64,000 nucleotides of DNA, taken from contig CAVYSW010000010.1 of assembly GCA_963771275.1 (NCBI GenBank), forward strand, positions 67,244-131,243. The letters run 5' to 3'. The position numbers were made by a program, and so were the translations under genes. Shown one piece after another: positions 17,836 to 25,550 of the stretch. Source of the DNA: an uncultured Gemmatimonadales bacterium (GTDB lineage Bacteria; Gemmatimonadota; Gemmatimonadetes; Gemmatimonadales; GWC2-71-9). How positions within the stretch are numbered: position 1 is the first letter of the stretch; every line of letters begins with the position of its first letter. The notes beneath the pieces were generated by a model. That model did not search any database. It saw only the letters and a list, made by a program, of their open reading frames with translations, and was not told the origin of the DNA.

Positions 17836-18474
17836 TCAGCGCCGGCCCACGAGGTCCTTCACCACGTCTACCGCGTTCCCGGCATCGAACCCGTAGGCGT
17901 CGGCACCGATCGCGCGGGCGAACGCCTCCGTCACCGGCGCCCCGCCGACGATGGTGCGCACGGTGCCGTCGAGTCCCTCGCGCTTGAGCAGCTCGACCAC
18001 CTCCCGCATGGCGGGCATCGTCGTCGTGAGCAGCGCCGACATCCCGATCACCGACGCGCCGTGCTCCCGCGCCGTCGCGACCATCTTGGCCGGCGCCACG
18101 TCATGGCCGAGGTCGATGACGTCGAAGCCCGCCCCCTTGAGCATGATGCCCACCAGGTTCTTGCCGATGTCGTGCAGATCCCCGCGCACCGACCCGATCA
18201 CCACCTTGCCGAGCGCGGGGATCCCGTCGCGGATCAGCAGCGGCTTGAGCAGGTCCATGCCGGCGTACATCGCGCGCGCCGCGAGCAGCACGTCGGGCAG
18301 GAAGATCTCGTGGTCCCGGAATCGGTCGCCCACCACCGTCATGCCGGCGATCAGCCCGTCGTCGAGGATCGTCTTGGGCGGGATCCCGTCAACGATGGCC
18401 CGGCTCGTGAGGTCGCCGGCGCGCGTATGGTCGCCGGCGATGATGGCAGCTGAAAGGTCGCTGAGGAGAGTCAT
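17836..18474 (-). CDS. corrinoid (B12)-binding protein, MetH cap + Rossmann B12-binding domains
   Basis: 212 aa. GSVRGDLHDIGKNLVGIMLKGAGFDVIDLGHDV carries the DxHxxG…SxL…GG cobalamin-binding signature. There is a 1-nt gap to the next gene. Confidence 0.85.
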   Translation of the reverse strand: MTLLSDLSAAIIAGDHTRAGDLTSRAIVDGIPPKTILDDGLIAGMTVVGDRFRDHEIFLPDVLLAARAMYAGMDLLKPLLIRDGIPALGKVVIGSVRGDLHDIGKNLVGIMLKGAGFDVIDLGHDVAPAKMVATAREHGASVIGMSALLTTTMPAMREVVELLKREGLDGTVRTIVGGAPVTEAFARAIGADAYGFDAGNAVDVVKDLVGRR

Positions 18475-18480
18475 GGGGCT

Positions 18481-18606
18481 CCGTTAGCCGTTGGCCGTTA
18501 GCCGTTGGCCGTTAGCCGATGACCGATTGCCGATTGCCGATTGCCGTTCGCGACCTGCGATTGCGAACCGATACCCATCGGCTAGCGGCCATCGGTATTC
18601 GGCTAT
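18481..18606. repeat. 18-unit phased tandem heptanucleotide array (class B in both orientations) filling an intra-operon spacer
   Basis: ccgttag ccgttgg ccgttag ccgttgg ccgttag ccgatga ccgattg x3 ccgttcg … cggctag cggccat cggtatt cggctat. The array supplies the TAG stop (18603-18605) of the upstream gene. It ends 6 nt from the ATG of the corrinoid protein (CTAACGGAGCCCC-ATG in gene orientation). Confidence 0.9.
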
Positions 18607-19322
18607 CGTCTCGACAGCGCCAGCGCCCTGAGTCGCTCGCGGCACGTCTTGGTCTCGCACCGACCGCAGAAGTCGTAGGTCGGCGGGAACCGGTGGATGG
18701 CGCGCGGCCCGGCGAGGATCACGCCGGAAACCGACTTGAGCGGCTGCATCAGGCAGCTCTCCGTGAGCGTGAGGCCGACGACCTCGGGCCGGAGGTGGGC
18801 GAACAGCCGCTTCTGGCCCGTGACGTCCCACCCGCAGTATCCCGGACTGTAGCGCAGCGCCGCCCCATCGGGGGTCGTCCAGCCGCGGTCGCGCAGCGTG
18901 CCTTCGAACCGGCGCTCGGCGACGTCGGCGGCCGCGTCTGCCGCGACCGACGCCATCGCGTCCAGCATGTACGCCAGCGCGAAGTCCTGCGCCGCGAACC
19001 GCTCACTCAGGGTCTCGGTCACGCGCGGCCCCAGGGTCACGGCGAACAACGCCAGATGCTCCGCCCGCGGGAAGATGTCGGCGACCGGCGAGTCGGGCTC
19101 GTTCCTGCCCTCGCCCCGGTACACGGCCTCGAACTCGGCGGGCGTGACGTCCGCGAGCACCCCGGCGGGTGCCACGCTCTCGGCGAACAACTCCGCGGCC
19201 GCCCCATAGAGCCGCTCGATCCGGTCGGAGACGTCGGCGCCGGCCGGGATGCCCACCTGCCGGAGCACCTCGCTCCGATCTGGGGCGATGTCGGCCTGCG
19301 CCAGCTCGACGATGGCGCTCAC
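18603..19322 (-). CDS. MetH activation-domain-like (vitamin B12-dependent methionine synthase activation region) protein
   Basis: A GTG at 19322 overlaps the mttB stop (GTGA). The 239 aa include ALRYSPGYCGWDVTGQKRLFAHLRPEVVGLTLTESCLMQPLKSVSGVI, typical of the Met_synt_B12 reactivation module. Confidence 0.7.
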   Translation of the reverse strand: MSAIVELAQADIAPDRSEVLRQVGIPAGADVSDRIERLYGAAAELFAESVAPAGVLADVTPAEFEAVYRGEGRNEPDSPVADIFPRAEHLALFAVTLGPRVTETLSERFAAQDFALAYMLDAMASVAADAAADVAERRFEGTLRDRGWTTPDGAALRYSPGYCGWDVTGQKRLFAHLRPEVVGLTLTESCLMQPLKSVSGVILAGPRAIHRFPPTYDFCGRCETKTCRERLRALALSRR

Positions 19323-20779
19323 GCGGGCCGGTACGGGAGGTGGTCCATCCCCCAACGCTGCGCCTCGCGGGTCATCAGGCGCGTGAGCTCGGCCTTCACG
19401 TCGTCGCCCAGGGCCGACGGCTGATAGGCAGCGAGCAGCCGCTCCACCTCGCGGTGCGCCCGCTGGCCGAGCGTGAAGCCCCCCTCCGCCTGCCAGCGAG
19501 AGCGGTTTGCCCGGTCGATCGCGGGGCCCGGAAAGTAGTGCTCGGTCTTGAGGTAACGCCGCGTGTGATCCGCGATCAGCAGGTGCTTGTCCCTCATCAA
19601 CTCCTCGAACCGGGGCAGGGCCGGGAAGTCGTCTCGCGGCTCCACGCCGCGCACCAGCCGCTGCACCATGCCGCAGATCTCGTTGTCGACCACGAGCTTC
19701 TCGAGGGAGAGACAGCTCTCGAAGTCGAGCATGCCGGGACCGGACACGCTGTTCACGCCCGCCAGTGCCGCCAGCGTCGCTCCCATCGACGACTCGAGGC
19801 CGGCCTGCGCGTCCAATAGCTTGGCGTCGCTCAGGCCCATGTACGCCTGCGTCGGCAGACCCAGAAACCTGCCGATCTCGCAGTAGGCGCATTCGATCAT
19901 CATGGTCTCGACCGCGCCCATTGGGGTCGTCTCATAGCGGATGTCGAACGCGGCGGGCGAGCCGCCGTACAGCGCGGGGGTGCCCGGGTTGGTGAGCTGG
20001 CTGATCACGATGCCGCTCAGCGTCTCGGCCGTGTGCTGCACCAGCGAGCCCACCAGCGTCACCGGCGCCACGAACCCGCTGAGCGGCATCGAGACGTACT
20101 CGACGGGGATCGAGTGCCGCGCGCAGTCCACCACGTTCTGCGAGGTGACGTCGCTCCAGGTGAGCGGCGCCGTGGGGCAGCAAGAGAAGATGGTAAGCGG
20201 CTTCTCCTTGAGCGCCGCCGCGCTGCCGCGCACGGCGAGCTGGAGGTCGCGCATCACGTTGAAGGCGTCGATCGTGAACGCGCCCGTCACGACCGGCTTC
20301 TGGCCCAGCATCAGGCTCAGGTACAGCCGGAAGCTGTCGGAGATGTTCTGGTGCACGTCGCCCGGCACGAGGGCGGTGCTCTGGAAGTCGAGGTGGTCGA
20401 GCCGGGACGTGAGCTTCGCGTACGCGACGTAGTCGTCGGTCGTCGGCGGCCGCGTCGCGTGCGCGTCGTGATCGAGCACGTAGATCGCCGCCGAGCCGGG
20501 CGTGAAGTGCACCCGGTCGCCGGACAGGTCGTACGCCGTCGTGCCGAGCGCGTCGTACAGCCGGAAGCCGTGCGGCGCCGTGCGGAGCGCCTGGTCCACG
20601 ATGCCGTCGATGAGGAAGGCGCGGTGGGTGGCGGCGTCAACGCGGGCGCCGTGGTCCGCCAGCATGGACAGAATGCCGGGATTGTGGATCTCGACGCCCA
20701 GCTGCTGCAGCACCGTCCGCGCCTCGGCGACGATGCGCCGCACGAGATCAGGACCGAGGAACTGGACGACGGGTCGCAT
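19319..20779 (-). CDS. MttB-superfamily (trimethylamine methyltransferase family, non-pyrrolysine) methyltransferase
   Basis: ATG 20779 is preceded by AAGGAG. The 486 aa sequence runs MRPVVQFLGPDLVRRIVAEARTVLQQLGVEIHNPGILSMLADHGARVD… with no in-frame TAG. It matches the MttB family over its full length. Confidence 0.85.
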   Translation of the reverse strand: MRPVVQFLGPDLVRRIVAEARTVLQQLGVEIHNPGILSMLADHGARVDAATHRAFLIDGIVDQALRTAPHGFRLYDALGTTAYDLSGDRVHFTPGSAAIYVLDHDAHATRPPTTDDYVAYAKLTSRLDHLDFQSTALVPGDVHQNISDSFRLYLSLMLGQKPVVTGAFTIDAFNVMRDLQLAVRGSAAALKEKPLTIFSCCPTAPLTWSDVTSQNVVDCARHSIPVEYVSMPLSGFVAPVTLVGSLVQHTAETLSGIVISQLTNPGTPALYGGSPAAFDIRYETTPMGAVETMMIECAYCEIGRFLGLPTQAYMGLSDAKLLDAQAGLESSMGATLAALAGVNSVSGPGMLDFESCLSLEKLVVDNEICGMVQRLVRGVEPRDDFPALPRFEELMRDKHLLIADHTRRYLKTEHYFPGPAIDRANRSRWQAEGGFTLGQRAHREVERLLAAYQPSALGDDVKAELTRLMTREAQRWGMDHLPYRPA

Positions 20780-20812
20780 AGTGCACTCCTTGGGACCCCA
20801 AGCTAGCCTGCC

Positions 20813-20847
20813 CGCTGCACGCTGTACGCTACGCGCTGCCCGCCGGC
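20813..20847. repeat. short heptanucleotide array (class A, reverse orientation)
   Basis: cgctgca cgctgta cgctacg cgctgcc cgccggc. In the orientation of mttB this reads …GTAGCG TACAGCG TGCAGCG, and it lies about 35 nt upstream of the mttB start. Confidence 0.5.
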
Positions 20848-21044
20848 CGCGCCGCGAGTATGCGCAGCACGTTGAACACCCCGACGACGACGTTCTCGAG
20901 CCAGAACAGCAGGAGCAGCGCAAACACCTGCCAGCCGAGCCAGAGGACCCCGACGACCGGGATGAGGTTCGCCGCCGTCAGCGCCAGGACCGACGGCACG
21001 AGGGGCCGCGGAATCGGCCGCTGCCACAGGCTGCGTGCGAGCAG
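20829..21044 (-). pseudogene. possible remnant of a membrane-protein gene (first two TM helices only), in frame with and immediately after the DUF2723 stop
   Basis: The minus-strand translation after TAG 21045-21047 is LLARSLWQRPIPRPLVPSVLALTAANLIPVVGVLWLGWQVFALLLLFWLENVVVGVFNVLRILAARPAGSA*. It resembles the N-terminus of a conserved polytopic family (possibly DUF6498). The stop lies inside the heptad array. Confidence 0.3.
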
Positions 21045-23331
21045 CTAGCGTCCCCGGAAGCTGGTGTTCATCAGCATGCGTTGCGCGAAGTCGCTCGAGA
21101 CTTTCGCGAGCCGCGCCTCCTCCGGCTTCGTGCTGTCCGCCACCTGCTTCAGGATCTCGCCGAACAGGGCGTACGTCACGTAGTACAGCGTGAGGATGTT
21201 CTCCGACGGCGTGTCGATCCAGCCGCGCGGGCGCGCGCGGGCGGCGCTCTCGGGATGGTACACGTCGAACAGCAGCTCCTCGGAGCGCTTGAGATCGACC
21301 CACCCCAGCGGCTGGATGTACGTGACGCTGTCGCTCTCGGTGACCGGCCTGGGCATGAGCCGGCGCGCGAAGCCCTGGCTGACGAGGTACTGCGTCAGGC
21401 CGAGCTGATCTCCGGTGCCCCCGGTGGTGCGGGCGAAGTAGATCGGCCGTGTGCCGAGGTTGTCGCGGATCAGCATCAGGGTGACCAGGATCTGCCGCTC
21501 GTACACGCCGGGCGCGAGCGTCGCGGTCACGTCGCCGAACCGGAACGAGCTGCGGCGGTCGATCTGGAACACGAGTGGGAGCGAGTCCACCCCGGCCATG
21601 CTGAGGTTGAGGACCGGCTTGGTCGGAGCCGCGACGGTTCGTGCCGCGCCACGGGCCGACCGCGTGCTCGACGTCGAACGGATAGACCGGGCGCCGCAGG
21701 ATCTGCCGGACGTGCCAATCGGTGTTCATCAGCGATTGGTTCACCAGCACGACGTCGCGCCGGATGCCCTCCACCTCCTGCGCATGCCACAGCGGGAACA
21801 GGTCGTTGTCGCCGGCGGTGATCAAGATCGCGTAGGGTGCCACCGATTGCAGCATGTCGTACGCGAAGTCCCGGGCCAGGGTCTCGCCGGCGCGCGACGC
21901 GGTGAGCCGGTTGCCGGCGAGGGGCACCACCGCGAGCAGCAGGACCGGAGCGGCGCCGAGCCAGGCGGCCCGCGGCGTGAGGCGCGTCCGCAGCGTCTGC
22001 TGCAGGCTCGCGAACAGTGCGCCCAGCCCGAGCGCCACCCACACGCCCCACAGCAGGAACGAGACGATGTAGAAGTAGTCCCGCTCGCGCACCTCGTGGT
22101 CGAGGCCCTGCTCGTTGGGCCGGATCGAGAAGCCGTACTTGAAATTGAGGTAGAAGATCAGCAGCAGCGTCACCGTGAACATGAGGCCCGTCATCGCCAG
22201 CGCCGCGCGCCGGTCCTTGCGCCACTGCACGATCATGCCGGACAGCCCCAGAGCGCCGAACACCACGGCGAGGCCCCGCCGGACCGGCTCGCCCCAGTCG
22301 CGACCGAACTGCCACCCGAAGTACTGCAGGTAGTTCTGGAGCTGCGACGGGAAGTCCGCCATGCGGTGCGTCACCGGCGGCTTCTGGTACTGCTCGCGCG
22401 CCAGGACCGACCACAGGGCCAGCCAGTTGGTGGGCTCGCCCTCGTTGATCGCCGGGAACTGCGCCGCCCGGATCGGCAGGAACGTGACGTTCAGCGAGAT
22501 GCCGATGACGACCGCGAGGATCGCCAGGTAGAGCGCCGGCTGCCGGAATTCCACCGGCTCGCGCCACGCCACGTAGGCGAAGGCCCCCACCACGAGCAGT
22601 ATCACCAGCGCCCGCGCCGCCGCCGGCCCGTTGATCACCAGGGCCCACTGGTTGGAGACCGCGAGCGCGAGCAGCAGGCCGAGCAGCACCACCCACGGCC
22701 GCAGCACCTGGCGCCAGTCGGTCGCCAGGACGTACAGGCCCACGGCCGGGGCCACCAGCACGCCCATCATGTGGTTGGTCGAGGTGAGCGCCAGGAAATA
22801 CGCGATCAGGATCAGCAGCCCGTCGCGGTGCTCGCCCTCCGTGAGGTCGCCCCAGCGCACGGTGAGCCAGAGAATCAGCGCGATCGAGCACAGGCTCACC
22901 GTGTACACCTTCTCGTTCACCACCGACTGGTTCCACACGGTGAACGCCGTCGCGCCCACCAGAACGCCCGCGAACGCCACCGCGATCCGCGGCCAGCGCT
23001 CGGCGATCACCGGCCGCAGCCAGCGCTCGATCACGAGGAACAGGAATCCCGACCCGAGCGCGCTCATCACGGCGCTGAACAGGTTGATCCGGAGCGCGTA
23101 GCTCGCGCCCAGCGGCAGGTAGCCCCACACGTGCGCCATGATGACGAACAGCGGGTTGCCGGGCGGATGCGGGATCCCCAGTCCCTTGGCGGCCGCGATG
23201 TACTCCGACGTGTCCCAGAACTGGGTGGTCGGCGCGACCGTGAGGACGTAGATCGTGAGCACGACAGCCGTCGTGAGGGCGGCGAGGCCGTACGGTGGCC
23301 GGTCGGTCGAAGCGGGACGCGTCGTCGTCAT
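21045..23331 (-). CDS. DUF2723-type (GT-C fold, PMT-like) polytopic membrane protein, with an apparent +1 frameshift near 21635-21650
   Basis: The N-terminal ~560 aa are in the frame of ORF 20803..24102, from ATG 23331 (MTTTRPASTDRPPYGLAALTTAVVLTIYVLTVAPTTQFWDTSEYIAAAKGLGIPHPPGNPLF…). The C-terminal 184 aa are in ORF 21045..21599. The total of 2287 nt equals 3n+1. Confidence 0.8.
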
Positions 23332-23342
23332 TGGACCTGGGG

Positions 23343-24878
23343 TTAGTGTCGGAATTGCCGGCGACCGGTGATCACCATGGCGATGTCGCGGGCGTCGGCG
23401 GCCGCGATCACTTCCGGGTCGCGCACCGAGCCGCCCGGCTGGATGATGGCCCGGACGCCGGCCTGGGCGGCCTCTTCCACCCCGTCGGGGAACGGGAAGA
23501 ACGCGTCGGAGGCGAGCACGGCCCCCGCCGTATCGTGGCCGGCCTGCCGCGCCTTGTGCACGGCGAGGAACGAGGCGTCCACCCGGCTCATCTGCCCGGC
23601 CCCGATGCCCAGCGCCGCCTCGTCGCGGGCGAGCAGGATGGCGTTCGACTTGACGCTGGCGATGGCCGCCCAGGCGAACCGCAGGTCCCGCCATTCCGTC
23701 TCGTCGGGCCGGCGCTTCGTCGCCACCGTCCACTGCGACTCGTCCGCCAGGAAGCGGAACCGGTCCTGCACGAGCATGCCGCCCCGCACCCGCTTGAAGT
23801 CGAGCGCGGCGGCGGCCATGCTGCCGAGCGGCAGCTCGATCACGCGCAGGTTCTTCTTCCTGCGGAAGATCTCGAGCGCGTCGGCGCGGATGTGCGGCGC
23901 CACCACCAGCTCGACGAACAGCTCGTGCATCGCCTGGGCGGTCTCGGCATCCACCACCGTGTTGAAGGCGATCACCGAGCCGAACGCCGACTGGGGATCC
24001 GTCGCCAGCGCCCGCCGGTACGCCTCGGCCGCCGTCTTGGCGAGGGCGATGCCGCATGGCGTGGTGTGCTTGAGAATGGCGCACACCGGCCGGTCGGGCC
24101 ACGGCTCGATCGCGAGCAGCGCGCCCTCGAGGTCGAGCAAATTGTTGAACGACAGCTCCTTGCCGTGGAGCTGCCTGAGGTCGGCGACGCCCGTCGACTC
24201 GCCGGTGCGGTACAGCGCCGCGCGCTGCGCGGGGTTCTCGCCGTAGCGGAGCGGCATCACGCGCGTGAGCGGCACCGAGAGATACGGCGGCAGCGCGTCG
24301 CCGTCGCCCGCGCCGAGATACCCCGCGATCGCGCCGTCGTACCCCGCGGTGTGGAGGAACACCTTCGTGGCCAGGTCGCGGCGCAGGCCGGGCTCGACCG
24401 CGCCGGCGTCCAGCGCCGCGATCACCCGGCGATAGTCGGCCGGGTCGGTGATCACCAGCACGGACGCGTGGTTCTTGGCCGCCGAGCGCAGCATGCTCGG
24501 CCCGCCGATGTCGATCTGCTCGATCGCCTCCTCGAGCGTCACGCCGGGCTTCGCGATCGTCTCGCGGAACGGATAGAGGTTCACGACCACGAGATCGATC
24601 GGCGTGATGCCGTGCTGCCGGAGCGCCGTCATGTGGGCCGGCACGTCACGCCGCGCGAGCAGGCCGCCGTGCACCGCGGGATGCAGGGTCTTCACGCGCC
24701 CGTCCAGCATTTCCGGGAACCCGGTCACCTGCTCGATCGGGATCACGCCGACGCCCGCGTCGGCCAGCAGCCTGGCCGTGCCGCCGGTCGAGACGATCTC
24801 CCACCCGCGCCCGGCGAGGTCCCGGGCGAACTCCACGATGCCCGACTTGTCGTATACCGAGATCAGTGCGCGAGGCAC
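23343..24878 (-). CDS. purH: bifunctional AICAR transformylase / IMP cyclohydrolase
   Basis: 511 aa. MPRALISVYDKSGIVEFARDLAGRGWEIVSTGGTA…GRVKTLHPAVHGG is the canonical PurH sequence. Confidence 0.95.
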   Translation of the reverse strand: MPRALISVYDKSGIVEFARDLAGRGWEIVSTGGTARLLADAGVGVIPIEQVTGFPEMLDGRVKTLHPAVHGGLLARRDVPAHMTALRQHGITPIDLVVVNLYPFRETIAKPGVTLEEAIEQIDIGGPSMLRSAAKNHASVLVITDPADYRRVIAALDAGAVEPGLRRDLATKVFLHTAGYDGAIAGYLGAGDGDALPPYLSVPLTRVMPLRYGENPAQRAALYRTGESTGVADLRQLHGKELSFNNLLDLEGALLAIEPWPDRPVCAILKHTTPCGIALAKTAAEAYRRALATDPQSAFGSVIAFNTVVDAETAQAMHELFVELVVAPHIRADALEIFRRKKNLRVIELPLGSMAAAALDFKRVRGGMLVQDRFRFLADESQWTVATKRRPDETEWRDLRFAWAAIASVKSNAILLARDEAALGIGAGQMSRVDASFLAVHKARQAGHDTAGAVLASDAFFPFPDGVEEAAQAGVRAIIQPGGSVRDPEVIAAADARDIAMVITGRRQFRH

Positions 24879-24887
24879 GATGTCCCC

Positions 24888-25550
24888 CTACGAAGCCCGC
24901 GGCGCGCGCGCGATCAGCTGGTCGCCGAGCGGGGCCGCCGCGTCAGTGGTCAGGAAGCTGCTGCCGGCGCTCACGAGCGGAACGGGCCGGCCGGCGCGCG
25001 CCGCCGCCAGCACCACCGCCGGCAGAATCTGGTGCTCGACCGCGAGCACCCGATCGCGCAGCGCCTCGGGCGTGTCACCCGCCAGCACCGGCACCGGCCA
25101 TTGCGCGAGGATCGGCCCGCGATCGTACTCGGCCGTCACCAGGTGCACCGACGGGCCCGAGATCGTGGCGCCGGACGCGAGCACCGCCCGATGCACCCGC
25201 ATGCCGTACATCCCGTGCCCGCCGAACGACGGCAGCAGGGCGGGGTGGATGTTGATCATGCGGCCGGCGTACGCCTCCACCACGTCCCGCGGCACGAGCT
25301 TGAGGTACCCGGCGAGCACGACGAGGTCCACCCGCTCGGCCGCGAGCGCCGCCAGCAGGGCCGGCCCGTCCGCCGGGTCGGCGATCCGGTGGGTCGCCAC
25401 CCCGGCGCGCTCGGCCCGCGCGAATGAGCCGGCCTCCGGCGCGTTGCTCGCCACCAGCACGACGTCGGCCGCCGCCGGCGGCCGGCAGGCATCGAGCAGG
25501 GATTGCAGATCGGTTCCGGATCCCGACGCCAGCACCGCCACGCGCATCAC
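24888..25550 (-). CDS. purN: phosphoribosylglycinamide formyltransferase
   Basis: 220 aa. It contains RVAVLASGSGTDLQSLLDA, INIHPALLPSFGG and GPSVHLVTAEYDRGPILAQ. The start overlaps the selA stop. Confidence 0.9.
   Translation of the reverse strand: MMRVAVLASGSGTDLQSLLDACRPPAAADVVLVASNAPEAGSFARAERAGVATHRIADPADGPALLAALAAERVDLVVLAGYLKLVPRDVVEAYAGRMINIHPALLPSFGGHGMYGMRVHRAVLASGATISGPSVHLVTAEYDRGPILAQWPVPVLAGDTPEALRDRVLAVEHQILPAVVLAAARAGRPVPLVSAGSSFLTTDAAAPLGDQLIARAPRAS

Noticed and set aside
18481-18606. CRISPR array interpretation of the tandem repeats (also 3825-3908 and 6378-6475)
   Set aside because: The period is 7 nt with no unique spacers, there are no cas genes, and the units are far shorter than CRISPR repeats.
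20780-21044. Cobalamin riboswitch upstream of the corrinoid-methyltransferase operon
   Set aside because: I could not find a B12-box-like GCCACTG core or the expected conserved stems on the minus strand. Most of the interval is taken up by the in-frame membrane-protein remnant and a heptad array. An Rfam scan would settle it.
20803-24102. 1099-aa minus-strand ORF taken at face value
   Set aside because: Only the central part (23331 down to about 21640) is the real DUF2723 frame. Its N-terminal part is the antisense or shadow frame of purH, and its C-terminal part is out-of-frame read-through past the frameshift.
23295-25427. 710-aa plus-strand ORF antisense to purH and purN
   Set aside because: It has no recognisable motifs, and purH and purN on the minus strand are unambiguous.
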